From the NCBI RefSeq assembly GCF_963853765.1, contig NC_088859.1, positions 17,732,001 through 17,796,000 of the forward strand: DNA of 64,000 nt. The letters run 5' to 3'. Origin of the DNA: Magallana gigas (Eukaryota). Under the pieces are notes generated by a model that searched no databases, had not been told where the DNA came from, and saw only the letters and a program-made list of their open reading frames with translations. The position numbers were made by a program, and so were the translations under genes. Below, in pieces: positions 26,901 to 38,712 of this stretch (positions are counted from its first letter, which is position 1; every line of letters begins with the position of its first letter).

Positions 26901-29569
26901 AATAACGACCTCAGATTGTTCCTCCGCAGCACACTCAACTTCATTGTTTTCGAGTTTTGAATGAGTGAAGAGAAAAAAAAGAAATTCAAACACCAGCATT
27001 AAAGTTATTGGCGATTGTTTAAACTTCAGTATTCAAACTATATACCTGTCACCATGCATCATCCTGACATTGCAATACTGGTACATGTATATTTAAATTG
27101 AAACTTTTCTAATAATTTTATCACAAGTAATACATGTAAATTTGTTTTCGACATACTTCTGCTTTAAAACAAGGAGGACAAAAAATATTATTTTGTATAA
27201 AACGTTCAGCATTAACATTGAAAGTATTATTATTTCAGTACATTGCTCCTATATGTGTGTATATATATGTCAACATCCCTCGAATCAATATTGAAGCAAT
27301 ATCTATTGAGACGGGTCTTTTAAACAAGATTTAACTTTTCTGAAGAACAGATTTTTGCTACAGGTATTAAAACAAATTTTTGTGAAGGACTCTTTATTAA
27401 GAGATTTAAGCTGAACAACTGTTGTTTGCTTTTTGAAGTTTTGCAAATTGGAAAGCAAGAGAAAGGCAAACTTCAAATGTGTCAAGAATATTTGGATAAG
27501 TATATATATGTAAAGAAATTTGCAATTTTGATTGTGAGAAAAGCCTTTTCATTTGAAATCACATTAAATGTGTGTGGAGTATTAAATGACCTGAAAAAGG
27601 AGTAATATTGAATAAGTCTGAGAGAATGTTTTAGCTGTTTTATTGTGGTAGACATGCTTTACAAATATGTCTAGTGCACCTATTGAAAAATCTCAAGGCA
27701 AGACTATGTGGAGAAAATAAACTTGCATTTATCTGGACAAAAAGAAAAATAAGACATGCATATATAATTGATAAATATTTTATGCTTTTGAAGCGTCGAA
27801 TAAGAAAAAAGTTGGAGCTTTTTTAAAAAGTTTAAAGAGTTTGAACTTAATTTTATCATGATGATTCTGTTTACTTGGTCATGAAAATTGGCTCTAAATT
27901 CAGCCGATTTGGAACAAAGTGTCTGCTCTATATGAATCACATAGATTGATTCTGTTAATTCCAGCTTTAAAATTCTGTTTGATAAGTTTGTTAGAACTTT
28001 GAAAGAATTCTGCAAGGGCCTTTGTAAATGGGAAACAAGAAGTCTTTGTGCTTAGTCACACAACATGCCAGTCTGAAAGCCAGCATTAATTCCTGTATTT
28101 GAAAAAAAATTTTCAACATGAAAATCCATAAAAACAAGAAATGTTTGGGGACTTGCAACCATGTGATTTAAATCAAATTGGCCATGCTTTATCAAGAGTG
28201 CTTCTCTTCACAAAATTCATTTCTTTTCATTCAGATTTATTCTGTCATTGTTGGAGTCAACAAGGAGAAAGAATCATTGATTCCTTTGAAATTTATTACT
28301 GCCAGTGATTTCAAAATACCTATAAAGTCTTGGCTTGATTTTGAATTGTCTCACAGTCTGCAGTTAATTCTCAGACATCAGTGTTATACATGTTCATACC
28401 ATATTTTGTAAAGTCAAACGAAATCAAGATAGTACATGTTGAAAAAAATTATGCATGTAAAACATTTGGAATTGGAAATTCATAAAGTTGAACATTTTTC
28501 AAAATAAATTACATGTATTACAAAAGTTAAATTGTGAGAATTTTAATAGAAATGACACATAATAATTTAAGGAGCATTGCCACGGAAATGCTAAGGCTTA
28601 AGCCTCCAATGGGTTCTTATAAAGACTGCTAGAGTTATCATTCTTGTAAGCATTCTGTTCTTGACCAGATTCCTCAACTTTTTCAGTTTGTCCGTTTCTA
28701 TGGAACTCTTCTGCCTGGATTTATGGTGGCGGTTTTACTGATGGGGGTGATGCATCAGCTACGGTGTATGGCTAAAGGTGAGAATCTCACAGATGTACAT
28801 GTTTTATGATGAAATCATAAACAGATTTTTAAAGATCATTTTTTTTTTTTTAAGTTGAATTAGCTATAGAGTTTTTCTTTTGATTTCTATATCCTAACTT
28901 CATTTTCAACTGTAAATTGAATATAGAATAAAAAAGTGAAAATGTTGATTCTCTGCATTTTCTGCAGATATGCATCCAATTGATGAAATATACCAGTATT
29001 GTTCCGTTGTTTGTTTTGTAGATGGGATATGTCCAGCTTTATTGGATGCTATTGAGGCCAATGGCAAGCCTTACTTTATCATTCCAGTTGCCATGCTTTT
29101 GAATTTCATATTTCAGTAAGTGTTTTTAGTCTAATACGGTATCAATGTGTGTGACACATACTGTAGATTCCTAATTTAATGGGAGGAATTAATTTCCACG
29201 TAAAATTGTGAGAAGCAACCCTCACAGATTTTAAAGTCTCACTTTTATTTTTCAGACTGTTTTGAACTATAGGAAATCATAACTAAAAATTGGTGATTGC
29301 AATTTCATATTCTCTTGCTTTAATTCAAAACAGCAGAATCGCAAAATTAAGTTCTTGTGTAAAATAAGGAAATTACAGTACTTACCTGTACATTAATCAC
29401 TGAGAATACATCATTCTTTCAGAGACAGACATGGTTATGCTTCTCTTACATTCTGTTAGACATTTGGTAAACTGTCCCTGTGAATCAACTGTTTTGTATT
29501 TGATTAAAAGTACTAGTTTACTCATTTCATGTATAGTTCTTATAATCCAATAATTGATCAAAGAATCAA

Positions 29570-29647
<78 letters not shown>

Positions 29648-32565
29648 TGACCATGTGGATGTTCTTTGTAGACTTCCTGTTACCCAGCAAGCTCTGGGAG
29701 AGGACAGTGGGATGCTACCAGACACCAGGGAACTGACCAATCAGGGACTTATGATGAGACTTCTGCCCCTACTCCTGTATCTGATTGCACAAGGGCTGAT
29801 CAACTTCCAGTGTTTTGTAATCGATATAGGAATGAAATTCCTCAGTCAAGTTTTTGGAATTTTATGTTCATGGTAATCAAATTCATTAAAGTTGAAAAAA
29901 AATATAAATTTTTGTCAATTTTTAGAATTGCTTGCGTTTGGTACTTGAATAAATGTGTATTTAATTGTTTATACTAAATACGAGTAATTAAACTAGTGAA
30001 TCTTAGATATTTCACTGCAATTTACTTAAAAGTATGTGTTTCAATACTAATTTCTTTACCAAGGACTTCAGAATCTATGAATAAACCATTTTTTCCTGCT
30101 TATATGATGTACATTAACTCATGTTTCCTTTTAGCTGTCCGTTGCCAAGCAGCGAAGGCCGAGTAGTCCCAGCATTCCTAGTGTTAGCGTTGGTGCTTTC
30201 TGGTGTTCTATGTGGAACATTGGGCCTTGTCATCTGTTACTTCGTTTGTATTGTAAAGGTAATAAATACATACAGTTAGACCTAAATCGTAAAATTCCTT
30301 CATCTGTTTTGTAAAAAAAAAATTGGCAATATACAGATAGGCTTATGAAATCTTAAGATCCATTCATTTGTATTGTAATAGGCAAATACAGTAAGGCCTA
30401 TATACATATATATGTAGCTTAGGTCCTTCGTTTGTTTTGTAAGGGAAATTAATATAAACAGTTGGATCTGTATGTGTAGGTCCTGAGTAATCCAACATAC
30501 TTCAGATTCTGACAAAAAATATGATCTGTCACTTTCATTCTGTTAAAGAAATGTCTATGAATTTGACTTAGTTTGATTAACAATTTCATGTATTTAAAAA
30601 TGGAATTTAAGAATTGTAATTTTATTGTAAAATAGAAAGGAAAAAACCAGAAAGATTCATGAATAAATTGTCATTGAAGAATTACTTTATTTCCTTCAGG
30701 TTCTAAGGACCTACCATGTATTACGACAGGACATCTTGGACTCGGGCGTCCAGTCACGTTATAATCTGTACCTGACCACACTGCTTCTGCTGATGTGGAT
30801 GATGGGCCTCAACCTACCTCCAATGATAGTCTGGCTCAAAAATATTCAGTATGTTGCTCAAAATGTGAAATTTGATATTTAATCAAATTTTGAAAAAAAT
30901 GAAATATTGATGCTGTAAAATAGCACACTGTCGATCAAGACAATAAACTGTTTTAAAGCTATACACGCTATAATTTACGTCAATTTTGAATGACAGTGAA
31001 AACGCATGTGTTTGTCTACTTATAAAAGTTATCCTTAATCTGTCAATTACAATGGTGAATTTCATCTCGTTACAGAGATATAGATTTTTAATTGTTTATT
31101 TTCCTGCCAGGAAAATATACCTTTTCATGAATATTAATGAAGGAAGAGCGAAACCGACCTCATTGCGCATGTCCGCGGAGAACTAGGTGGTCGTTATTGT
31201 TTGCCTAATTAAATATCCAACTTGATTTTTAATATGCTTAACAGTTGTTAATTTGAAATACATACATGTATAATGAGTAAAATACATTTGTCATTCACGA
31301 TACCCTTACTTCTGCATTAACACTTATAGGATCTATAAATAGCACATAGGGGAAAAACACAGGTCTACGTCATTCTTTTAAAGGAAGTATTCATATCTAC
31401 TCACAGGCTTGTATTTTTTTCTTTTGTTTGTACTGGTATATCGAAAAAATGTATGCTTTACTGAAAATATCCTTTCCTTTGTGAAACTATCACAATTATG
31501 AAGATGTTGACCCTTCACCAGTTGTGGTATGATAGACTAAATTTAGCTGTCAATATCACGTGATAGATTGATATTCACGAGGAGGCATTACTTTCCTGGC
31601 AGGAAAATAAATATTTTTTATTGTTTAATATTTGATATATTTGTTACGTGATCGAATTGAGCATTATAATTAACAGCATAAAGGTAACTTTTATTAGTAA
31701 TCAAACACATACATTTTCCTCTTTATTCAAAATTGACGCAAATTATAGCGTGTATAGCTTTACACTTGCAAAAGCATTGGAAAATAACTGTAAATGCATT
31801 AGTTGAAAATTGTATTATGATATAAATCTTTTACTATTTTGAATCTGAAGAGAGTAATAAATCAGGGCATATTTCTGTTTTGTAGGTATTCTATAATCTT
31901 ATACAATGATCCCACTTGGCTCACTTCCATTTTATGTATCCTCGCTGTAGGAGCATTGCTACTCTGTGATGATCCACTCTCGGGAAAGTATGGAACTTAT
32001 TTTTTTTTTGTAAATACCAGGATGCTTAAATGTTTATTTACTTTTAATTAGATATGCTGTAAATCAATTTTCATATGTATGCGCAAAAAATTTTGCAAGG
32101 TCAAATTTCATTTTCCTAATTGTTTCTCATTAAAACTAGTCCTTTGTTGTCTACTATTCTTCATTGATAAGATCATCTATATTGAAATTGCGAAGAAAGA
32201 AAATGAAAGTTGGTTTAAATTTGTTCCATTTGCTTCACATTAACATTTCTGTTAACATCAGTAATACTTTTTTTTTCAATAAACAACTTCGATTTGAAAT
32301 CAAAAAAAAATTTTTTTGTTATTGATTTCCGTCGCCTATTAGGTATCAAATTTTCCCAAAATGCAATTTTGTTTTCTTTGACAGGGACCACTATTTTTCG
32401 ACCTGTATAGGGGTGTACATCCTGACCGTCTTCTTGGTTCTGTACGGGACTCTGTCCACCTATCGTATCTCCTATGTCATCCCTGCCACCTTATTCCTGA
32501 TGGCTGTACCACAGGTTGTGAGCAAACTGAAGTCAAGCCCACCACAGAAAGACAGAAATATGTAA
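3635..32565 (+). CDS. PGAP1: GPI inositol-deacylase, 27 coding exons, 913 aa
   Basis: Exons: 3635-3769, 5672-5739, 6393-6413, 6603-6667, 7172-7260, 7409-7451, 7630-7721, 7948-8044, 8364-8521, 8662-8694, 9002-9054, 9178-9244, 9517-9681, 10080-10154, 10349-10401, 11132-11195, 11522-11596, 12386-12617, 13048-13117, 13456-13600, 28687-28777, 29022-29115, 29672-29872, 30135-30258, 30700-30848, 31886-31987, 32385-32565. All introns are GT-AG and the frame is continuous (2742 nt). Motifs recognised from PGAP1/Bst1: N-terminal TM plus NKCHMTYMF, GIPVLFIPGNSGSHKQ, lipase GHSMGG, TQSTPH, GGGHRDYQVR, WVSTDHL, and a multi-TM C-terminus. Confidence 0.96.
4386..5150. repeat. Interspersed element with an internal ~176-bp tandem array (Helentron-like non-autonomous element) in PGAP1 intron 1
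   Basis: TAAAGTTTTTG-N-AGCAGGTG recurs at about 4621, 4797 and 4973 (176-bp spacing), with partial units at 4426 and 4590. The head AGCTTATTCTATACCCACGGCATCGGCATCC resembles bivalve HINE heads. The family call is from memory. Confidence 0.65.
14050..14290 (+). mobile_element. tRNA-derived SINE with a V-domain-like core
   Basis: A-box-like TAGCGCAGTTG (14064-14074), B-box GTTCGATCC (14101-14109), V-SINE-like GGGTTTTCTCTAGGCACTCTTGCTTCCTCCCACA (14167-14200), AT-rich tail. Confidence 0.75.
14376..14592. mobile_element. MITE with TA target duplication (CTGT...ACAG ends)
   Basis: TA|CTGTTGATT...AATCTACAG|TA. Related copies at 29161-29378, about 50816-51028, and partial at 44340-44414. Confidence 0.7.
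16671..16703. repeat. (CT)n microsatellite
   Basis: Direct reading. Similar tracts at about 17937-17969 and 23105-23135. Confidence 0.95.
17476..17724 (-). CDS. Candidate small ORF, 82 aa, nested in PGAP1 intron 20
   Basis: ATG-initiated ORF (MCGQPTREISNIKEF...) in a locally less AT-rich patch. No recognisable domain. Confidence 0.25.
   Translation of the reverse strand: MCGQPTREISNIKEFKMCKEDIGHMRLQFTCEDVQAYFLYLFNKPPNNANKLVFLHWTIGKGLCQQTIFERCDRVLEVFINL
19164..19601 (-). CDS. Candidate nested ORF, 145 aa from first ATG (110 aa from MKNMDSK), unknown helical protein
   Basis: The ORF-track start at 19640 is TTG; the first ATG is at 19601. The C-terminal 110 aa look protein-like (LRLAQAIDDLASYRKVMDNL...LIDRWLRKF). 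A candidate acceptor TTTTTCAG lies at about 19952. Confidence 0.5.
   Translation of the reverse strand: MGVDKTLLINCPINILLLLADRASEHLFFSRGIFLMKNMDSKLSKEDSLCDFSHHLNGTLRLAQAIDDLASYRKVMDNLGVNYDARIKAASQRVEIPTEESWRFQQLNQNLKNHIEYIQECQGQDLIDRWLRKFHESGGTSNKNK
21107..22387 (-). CDS. Nested antisense gene, single coding exon, 426 aa, uncharacterised S/N/E-rich protein
   Basis: 1281-nt ORF in a genome where chance ORFs are mostly under 120 aa. ATG at 22387 with an in-frame stop just upstream. Splice acceptor TTTTCAG| at 22432/22431. Confidence 0.85.
   Translation of the reverse strand: MNMDASTLSYHNKVQDWTQMYMLAADGHIYKSSKIATYLPPQKLHQIENWRKNIRNNFGPKSSQFPRLNTPRANSRARSATVARSANNANERKRIWSASSRRHPHFLYSDTNLDDVTNHLAETSLHYSGERAVYQRNLLGKQLLKINTKQVQLINGENVATEAFDKIDKTSKQASNGLNSEGEADHTSDNIEAVSDEAESETLSSISRMEGRGRLIHVNDQEMVQVRSQSNQLLNVISIDDCKMTSPNIYHNAKLKVEKKRAFYQDIPEENSLPESEVPKSQCSKDLETTYNSQRSTKSVSESRNQIQTRNAKISRAIDEMVHERKVMNNMDRNFNARIEASGSGGRIILDKGEGGATFRRLNNALKRHVNSVLAHKAHKQINTWTQDGQSEQDLNSNNGSVLSVDKIGKTHKNSKSQSMESMESS
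22598..22980 (-). other. Probable upstream exon of the nested gene, containing a 73-codon ORF (22602-22823)
   Basis: Donor CAG|GTAGGAG at 22598/22597 pairs with the acceptor at 22432 (166-nt intron). Candidate acceptor AATTTAG| at about 22980. Further strong minus-strand donors CAG|GTGAG at about 24777 and 25577. Confidence 0.5.
29161..29378. mobile_element. MITE, TA target duplication
   Basis: TA|CTGTAGATTCC...GGAAATTACAG|TA. Confidence 0.7.
29572..29642. repeat. (GA)n microsatellite, about 70 bp
   Basis: Direct reading. It explains the ERER/SLSL ORFs in the track. Confidence 0.97.
30957..31759. mobile_element. Non-autonomous TIR element, Kolobok-like, in PGAP1 intron 25
   Basis: 35-bp TIR AGCTATACACGCTATAATTTACGTCAATTTTGAAT with one mismatch. 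Flanks are TTAA on the left and TTAC on the right. Inner inverted repeat TTATTTTCCTGCCAGGAAA / TTTCCTGGCAGGAAAATAA. Confidence 0.75.
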
Positions 32566-33353
32566 AGTTTATAGTGGTGTACATTAGCAAGAAGTACGAG
32601 AAACATTCAAATTTATTCAAATTTAAAAGTGGTGTAGCTAGAACCACCAGAAATATGTGATGAATTAAGTGGTGTAGCTATAAACACCAAAAATGTGTGA
32701 AGTATAAAGAGATTTGATTATGTTAGAACCACCAAAAATATTTGAAGTTAAAAGTGGTGGTTAGGACCACCCTGAAAGAAAGTTCGTAAGTGAAAATTTA
32801 CAAACTATGTCAAAATTGCTTTACATAATCGGATTATTTGCATTAGTATGAAAGAACTCGATTTGTTTGACAGTCATGTAGTTGTGTTTTTGTAAATATC
32901 TTTTGAATGATTTATATATAATATTAATATATTCAGAGATTAATATGATTTCCCATACCAATGTTGACAACCACAACTTAATAACTTTGCATGTGATTAT
33001 TTGTTAGTACATTATTAATATACTTGTATGAATGCATAAATATCATTTGGTTGAATTTGTTTGAAGTTTATATATGATTGATGATTGATAACCAGATAGA
33101 TTCATATTCAAATTCTTTTTTTAATATCAAATTTTTGCACTTTCATACAAATGACGGATTCTTTGGTGATGTTGAAATGGTGCATAGTTATGTTGTGTCT
33201 TATACAAATGATATACACAGAATGTTTATCAAAGCTTGTATTTTTTTTTGGGGGGGGGGGGAAGGGGGGGGGGAGTGATGATTGGTTTGTGGTGTGTGTG
33301 TGTTTTGTAACAAGCACGCCTATTTATTATTTGTACATTCCAAGTTTTAAATA

Positions 33354-33586
33354 CTGTATACAAGGAAATATTCGCCCCCGTTTTTGTTTTTTTTGTGGGT
33401 TTTTTTTTTGCTCCTTTAACCTTTTGCCCTTGTCATCAGCGGGTGGATTTAAGACTGGGCAAATTTCAATGTTTCAATTTATTTTTCTTTAAACATACTG
33501 TGTCTGGGCAAATTCAAGATGAGGCGAATCTGTTTGCAAGTGTAGAAGGGTGATAATTACACGTGCAAAAATAACTCTGTATACAG
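33354..33586. mobile_element. MITE, TA target duplication
   Basis: TA|CTGTATAC...GTATACAG|TA. Confidence 0.8.
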
Positions 33587-34734
33587 TATCTTAGAACGAG
33601 CCATTCTAAATATTGGTTTAGGATCTTTTTTTCTTTCATTTTCATCAACCAAAGGTGCAATTTTTTTTTTGAAATCACTTTTTTCATTGTCCAATTCTAG
33701 AATTACTTTCATTCACATTTGTTATTTTTTATCTTTACATGTTTGTATGTGGCATGCTTAAATGCTGGCATTATCTTTTTACAGGATATGTCATTTAACT
33801 TCCAAAGTGATTTACAATTAAAGAATGGGAAAATGGATTTACTGTGGGTTTTTTTAACATCATGCATAATTTTTGTTATTTTGAAAACAAAAGGCAAAAT
33901 TTAATAATGCAACATAGTCTGATAGACAGCCCCAGTTAGCCAAAAATGGAGTAAAAATTGAACTTAAAGAAGCATAATATTGAGTAGTTTTATATATTCG
34001 GAACTTGAGCAAAGATCATTAAAGAATCAAGTTATTTCGGCAGCTTAATCAAAGTTCTAGAGGTTGATTAACATTTACAGTGACATGGTATGAGTTTTCG
34101 TTGCTTTAGCATTACGTAAAATACTGACGGCTTTGTTTTTACCAAACAATCAGGTTAATCGTATCGAGATGTATGCAGCAGTATATAAGATGTTGATTTC
34201 ACAAAAACATTATTTAGGAATTCCTTACAACAGAATTTTAATGCAACGTTGCCTTAATTTAGATAAAAAGAAAAAGGTATTAAAACTTAACCGTAGTGGA
34301 ATAATAATATATTTCCTTTAAAGGTATAGCTAGCATTGCAGAAAAATACATAACCTGCATAATTATATTTCATATTACGGCTGCCTTTTAGATAGTTGCC
34401 TTAGTTACTCTCGTTTGTTTCCGTGAAATCACGTGTCCAATTATCAGGTCACCTTTAAAATTACACTGGGCACATCTCTCATAACAAGAAATAATCTCAA
34501 GCAAACATTATCTTTGCTTAAGTTTATCCATACCTTGTACTCATATCACCGGAAGTCATAATTATTTTAGATAAGAAACAAAAACAAAAAAAAAACTGGC
34601 ATATATAGTAATTGAATAAATTTATTTTTAAATAAATTGTTAATTTTTAAGCAATTCACTGACAGGATATAACACAATTATTATTTTTCTTTCAAACTGA
34701 GGTAGGTTAGAGTAAAGGTGCTGAATGGAGCAGA

Positions 34735-37700
34735 CTATCTGATTCCAAAAAACTTCTTGATGCGGCGTACGAAGTTTGACTTCTTGCTTCTTTTGGTCTA
34801 AAACAGAAATTAGAATAAAATCAATGAGGAACACAGTTGCACCTTAATCTTAAGGAGACTGGATGGTCATCAAATTAACCATCAGATATATCTAGAATTT
34901 TAAGGTTCAATTTATTTAGTTATAATCTAATATTTAGTGAAGAAAAAATCCATATAATTAACCTTTTAACTTTTTTTGGGGGGGGTGTCTCTTTTTAAAT
35001 GGAACTCTTCTTCTAAATGAGATCAATTAAGTCTGAAAATGGCCACGACCATCGAGCCCTTAACTTAATGTAAATTTGCACACTATATAATTATGTACCT
35101 GATCTTTAGATGCCGAGAAGCTCTCACGTGTGTTGTCTTCAGAACACGTGACCAGAGGGGATGAAACTTGACATTCATCCTCCAGTTTAGTTGCGAGAGT
35201 TAGTTCCTTTCTTTTCTCAACCTTTACCTCATTTCAAACTACAATAAAAAAAAAATAAATGATGGTAAACACTCTACTCTTGACTTTGTGGGATATTTAC
35301 ATATTCAAAATTTATAAGTATCAAAATGAAGTGTGTAAATAAACTAAATATCGCTCATAGCGTTACTTTTGGATGTAACATAAAAACTACGATCATGATT
35401 TGGAGGACAGCTGTTTTGTTTTAAAGCTATGATTTGTTCAGTACCTTTGCAGTGCATCTGAACGTGTCCACTCCAAAAACGAATAATTTCCGAGGCAGAA
35501 AGTCTCCCTCTTCTTCAGGTTTCTCTACCTGGCACATCTATCAAACAAAACAAAAAGAAGCTGATGTTATTTTACTGTGAACAACGTACATGTATATATG
35601 AATGAACAGAAAATAATTAAAAATTGGTTTACTTGTACATTTAATCCGTAACAGTGGCTATGAATGACAAAAGAAACACGTAAATTAAGGAATATTTTTT
35701 GTGTATTTTAATTTCGCGGTTTACTTACCGTTGAGAAAAAAGTTTACAGATCACGTTATACACAGTGATAGTCCAGGTAACGAAGTTCGGGCTATCGCGA
35801 GTTACATGTATTTATGAATGCGTTCGGCAACTTACCATCAGGTCCCTGTAACCAAGTCGTTTGATCTGATCTAGCAGTTTTCTTTCATTCATCTTCGTCT
35901 ACAATAAACATAAAATGATTTGATTCACATCATGAAACGAATGCGTTGTCTTATCAGGTATACCTACACTATAGATTAAAGACTTATAAGTTTGTTTGAT
36001 AAAATCATAAAATTTGAGAGTGAATCAAGTAATTTCTTACAATATGTCTTTTACTCACCATCATTTCTTCCTGAAACGCTCTCTTGGCGCGATGCATGTC
36101 ATCTCTCTCTTTTACTTTTCTCTGTTAAAAGATTGAATGTAAATCCAGTTTGCAAAATGTTTTAATTTTAACTGTTGACAAAATTAAGAATAATGCTTTG
36201 CCATATAGAGATTACAAAATATATATATATATATATACATGTATATGTAAACAATTTTACGTCTCACCAACAGGTCTTCTTGAAGTTTCAGTAAATTTGT
36301 GTGGTTTTCTTGGAGCATTATCTAAATATAAAGAATTTACAATAACATGTATGAGTTAGATGAATGTGAAATTGCTTTCTTTTAATATAAAAGGAATAAA
36401 ATGAACTCTGAAATAGAATATTTTTATTAAATCGTTTCTTACCATGATTTTTCTCGCCATCTGGGGATTCCGTCTTGTTCTTATACTTCTCTATATAAAA
36501 AAAAGAAGAGACTTTTGCATTATGAGTGTCCCGTAAATGCGTATAAATTCACAGAGAAAATAAACTAAACGGAGAAATAACAGTAAAAATAAAGAAATAA
36601 GTGTAATGCATTACCACTAAGTGAACTAGAATATCATCAAGAAGTCTATCCTTTTTCTCTTTGTGCTGCAGAGATATATCAACTCACAATTAAGACAAAA
36701 TACTTTTAGTGAAAGACATTTGTTGTATAATATAAACGTAAAATTTATTTTCAAAGTAAAAGGTTATAATTACCATGCTTTCTCGAATGGCTTCCAATCG
36801 GTTTTCGTTCGCTTCCTATACAAGAAAAAAATCGACATTCTATAAACTAACACATATGAAATTAGTTATTGTTTAATGATATACATAATATGGCAGAGAA
36901 AAAATAACTTTTTTCTTGCATAATATCAAATATTATATTTACCGATAACTTGTTGAAAACATCTCCATTTTTCAATTCTTGACCTTTTTTCTCGTTCATC
37001 ACCATCTATAAATATTAGGAAATTGTTAATTCACGTATTCAATGTGTTAGATTTTACTGTGTGTCTGTTGGGGGGGGGGGGGGGGGGGGGGCTTGTAAAC
37101 TCACAATTAAGACAAAATACTTTTAGTGAAAGATATTTGTTGTATAATATAAACGTAAAATTTATTTTCAAAGTAAAAGGTTATAATTACCATGCTTTCT
37201 CGAATGGCTTCCAATCGGTTTTCGTTCGCTTCCTATACAAGAAAAAAATCGACATTCTATAAACTAACACATATGAAATTAGTTATTGTTTAATGATATA
37301 CATAATATGGCAGAGAAAAAATAACTTTTTTCTTGCATAATATCAAATATTATATTTACCGATAACTTGTTGAAAACATCTCCATTTTTCAATTCTTGAC
37401 CTTTTTTCTCGTTCATCACCATCTATAAATATTAGGAAATTGTTAATTCACGTATTCAATGTGTTAGATTTTACTGTGTGTCTGTTGGGGGGGGGGGGGC
37501 TTGTAAACATTTTTATTTAGTGCAGTTCAGTTTATTTTACTCAAAACTATGAAATGGTACATGAGGTACATGAACAAGTTTATTGTGTATGTCAAACAGA
37601 AAGTATATGGGATGAACAAACAATTTGATTAATTTTTAAGCCAACATACACAATTTTCGTAATATCAAATAGGGGTTGTTTTTTTTTTTGCATAATTTAA

Positions 37701-38149
37701 TTTCAACAAACTTTTTTAGTATTTGGGTATTAGGAACAATACAGCTATAGGAATTTCAATCTCTAGCGATGAAATTTCTGACAATTATATGAAAAATACA
37801 GATTGTTCAAACTACAAAATATGAATCCCACATACCAATAGCTCTCTGTGATTCTCCATCATCTTCTCGTGGTGATCTTGAATTCTTTGCTACATTCAAT
37901 TATAATGAAGTATTATTAAATGTATGTATAGTTGTGTACATTACAAATTAAAACCATGTTTACATAGCAAAACTTATAATCTTATACATGTACATGTAGT
38001 ATTAAGCAAAACTTAAATTCAATTATTTGATTTATTATTTAAAAAAATATATGCAATATCTTAGACATACCATAACTTTTTTAGCCATCTGAGGGCTTCT
38101 TCGTGGAAGTAATCTCTTCTGTAAATATTAAATTAGAAACTTAATAATA

Positions 38150-38224
<75 letters not shown>

Positions 38225-38712
38225 TTGACGTAGAATACTATACCAGTAACTCCACTTGAACATGTTCTACAATTCTACGTCTTTTGTCCTCAACCTGCAA
38301 TTATTGATAAATGATTAAAACTTTTTTTTTTAAATTTTCATCGAAACGAAATTATATGTATTTGATTATTTGAATATTCCTACAACTTAAAATTTCAGTA
38401 TTCGATCTGACGGTAGTGATTAAAAAAGGGCATAAATCATAATGTTGTTTTCAAAAATAAGCCATAGACCTACATTGAATATTACGTTTAATCTTTACTC
38501 TATTGCAAAAGCACGAAAATTTCAAGAAATAATGGTATTCCATAGTTCTGTGAAAGAATGAAGTGATGTGCTTACAAATGACATTTATAAGAATTATCAT
38601 AAAAAAAGGTTTGGCCGTGGCACGTTAACCATTGTTGTATGCTTTATGTTTTTGTTTCACTGAAAATATTATATTGTAAAATGCTTACCAAACTTTGCTC
38701 TATTTGATCCAT
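34735..38712 (-). CDS. Uncharacterised basic helical protein encoded by 13 short phase-0 exons (245 aa, or 224 aa if only one duplicated exon is used)
   Basis: Exons 5'->3': 38712-38689 MDQIEQSL; 38294-38244 VEDKRRRIVEHVQVELL; 38118-38071 KRLLPRRSPQMAKKVM; 37889-37836 QRIQDHHEKMMENHRELL; 37422-37360 and 37005-36943 MVMNEKKGQELKNGDVFNKLS; 36665-36615 HKEKKDRLLDDILVHLV; 36490-36443 RSIRTRRNPQMARKIM; 36321-36268 IMLQENHTNLLKLQEDLL; 36121-36059 RKVKERDDMHRAKRAFQEEMM; 35898-35836 TKMNERKLLDQIKRLGYRDLM; 35537-35445 MCQVEKPEEEGDFLPRKLFVFGVDTFRCTAK; 34797-34735 TKRSKKSNFVRRIKKFFGIR*. Every internal exon has canonical AG/GT sites, a length divisible by 3 and an open phase-0 frame. A probable non-coding first exon ends at the donor near 38846. 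Confidence 0.8.
36681..37508. repeat. Near-identical tandem duplication, about 417-bp unit, 2 copies, each containing one 63-nt exon
   Basis: AACTCACAATTAAGAC starts at 36681 and 37098. By eye the copies differ only by one SNP and poly-G length. Confidence 0.93.
38150..38224. repeat. (GATA)n microsatellite, with paralogous tracts at about 45407-45485 and 52781-52840
   Basis: Direct reading. Each tract sits in the same intron of its copy of the short-exon gene. Confidence 0.97.

Noticed and set aside
28968-29021. Upstream acceptor (CTGCAG|ATATGC) for PGAP1 exon 22
   Set aside because: The acceptor at 29021 gives the PGAP1-like peptide directly. The upstream site adds 54 nt with no recognisable similarity that read like intron polypyrimidine tract.
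29397-29876. ORFs with ERER/SLSL runs
   Set aside because: They are products of the (GA)n microsatellite. Only 29672-29872 is coding (PGAP1 exon 23).
34640-34834. 64-aa ORF MFLIDF...ELLKN as a gene or terminal exon frame
   Set aside because: The preceding exon is open only in phase 0, which fixes the terminal exon in another frame, ending at the TAG at 34735.
35836-36665. Phase-1 or phase-2 reading of the short exons
   Set aside because: Phase 1 hits stops in the 36665, 36121, 35898 and 35537 exons, and phase 2 hits stops in at least the 36121, 35898 and 35537 exons. Only phase 0 is open throughout.
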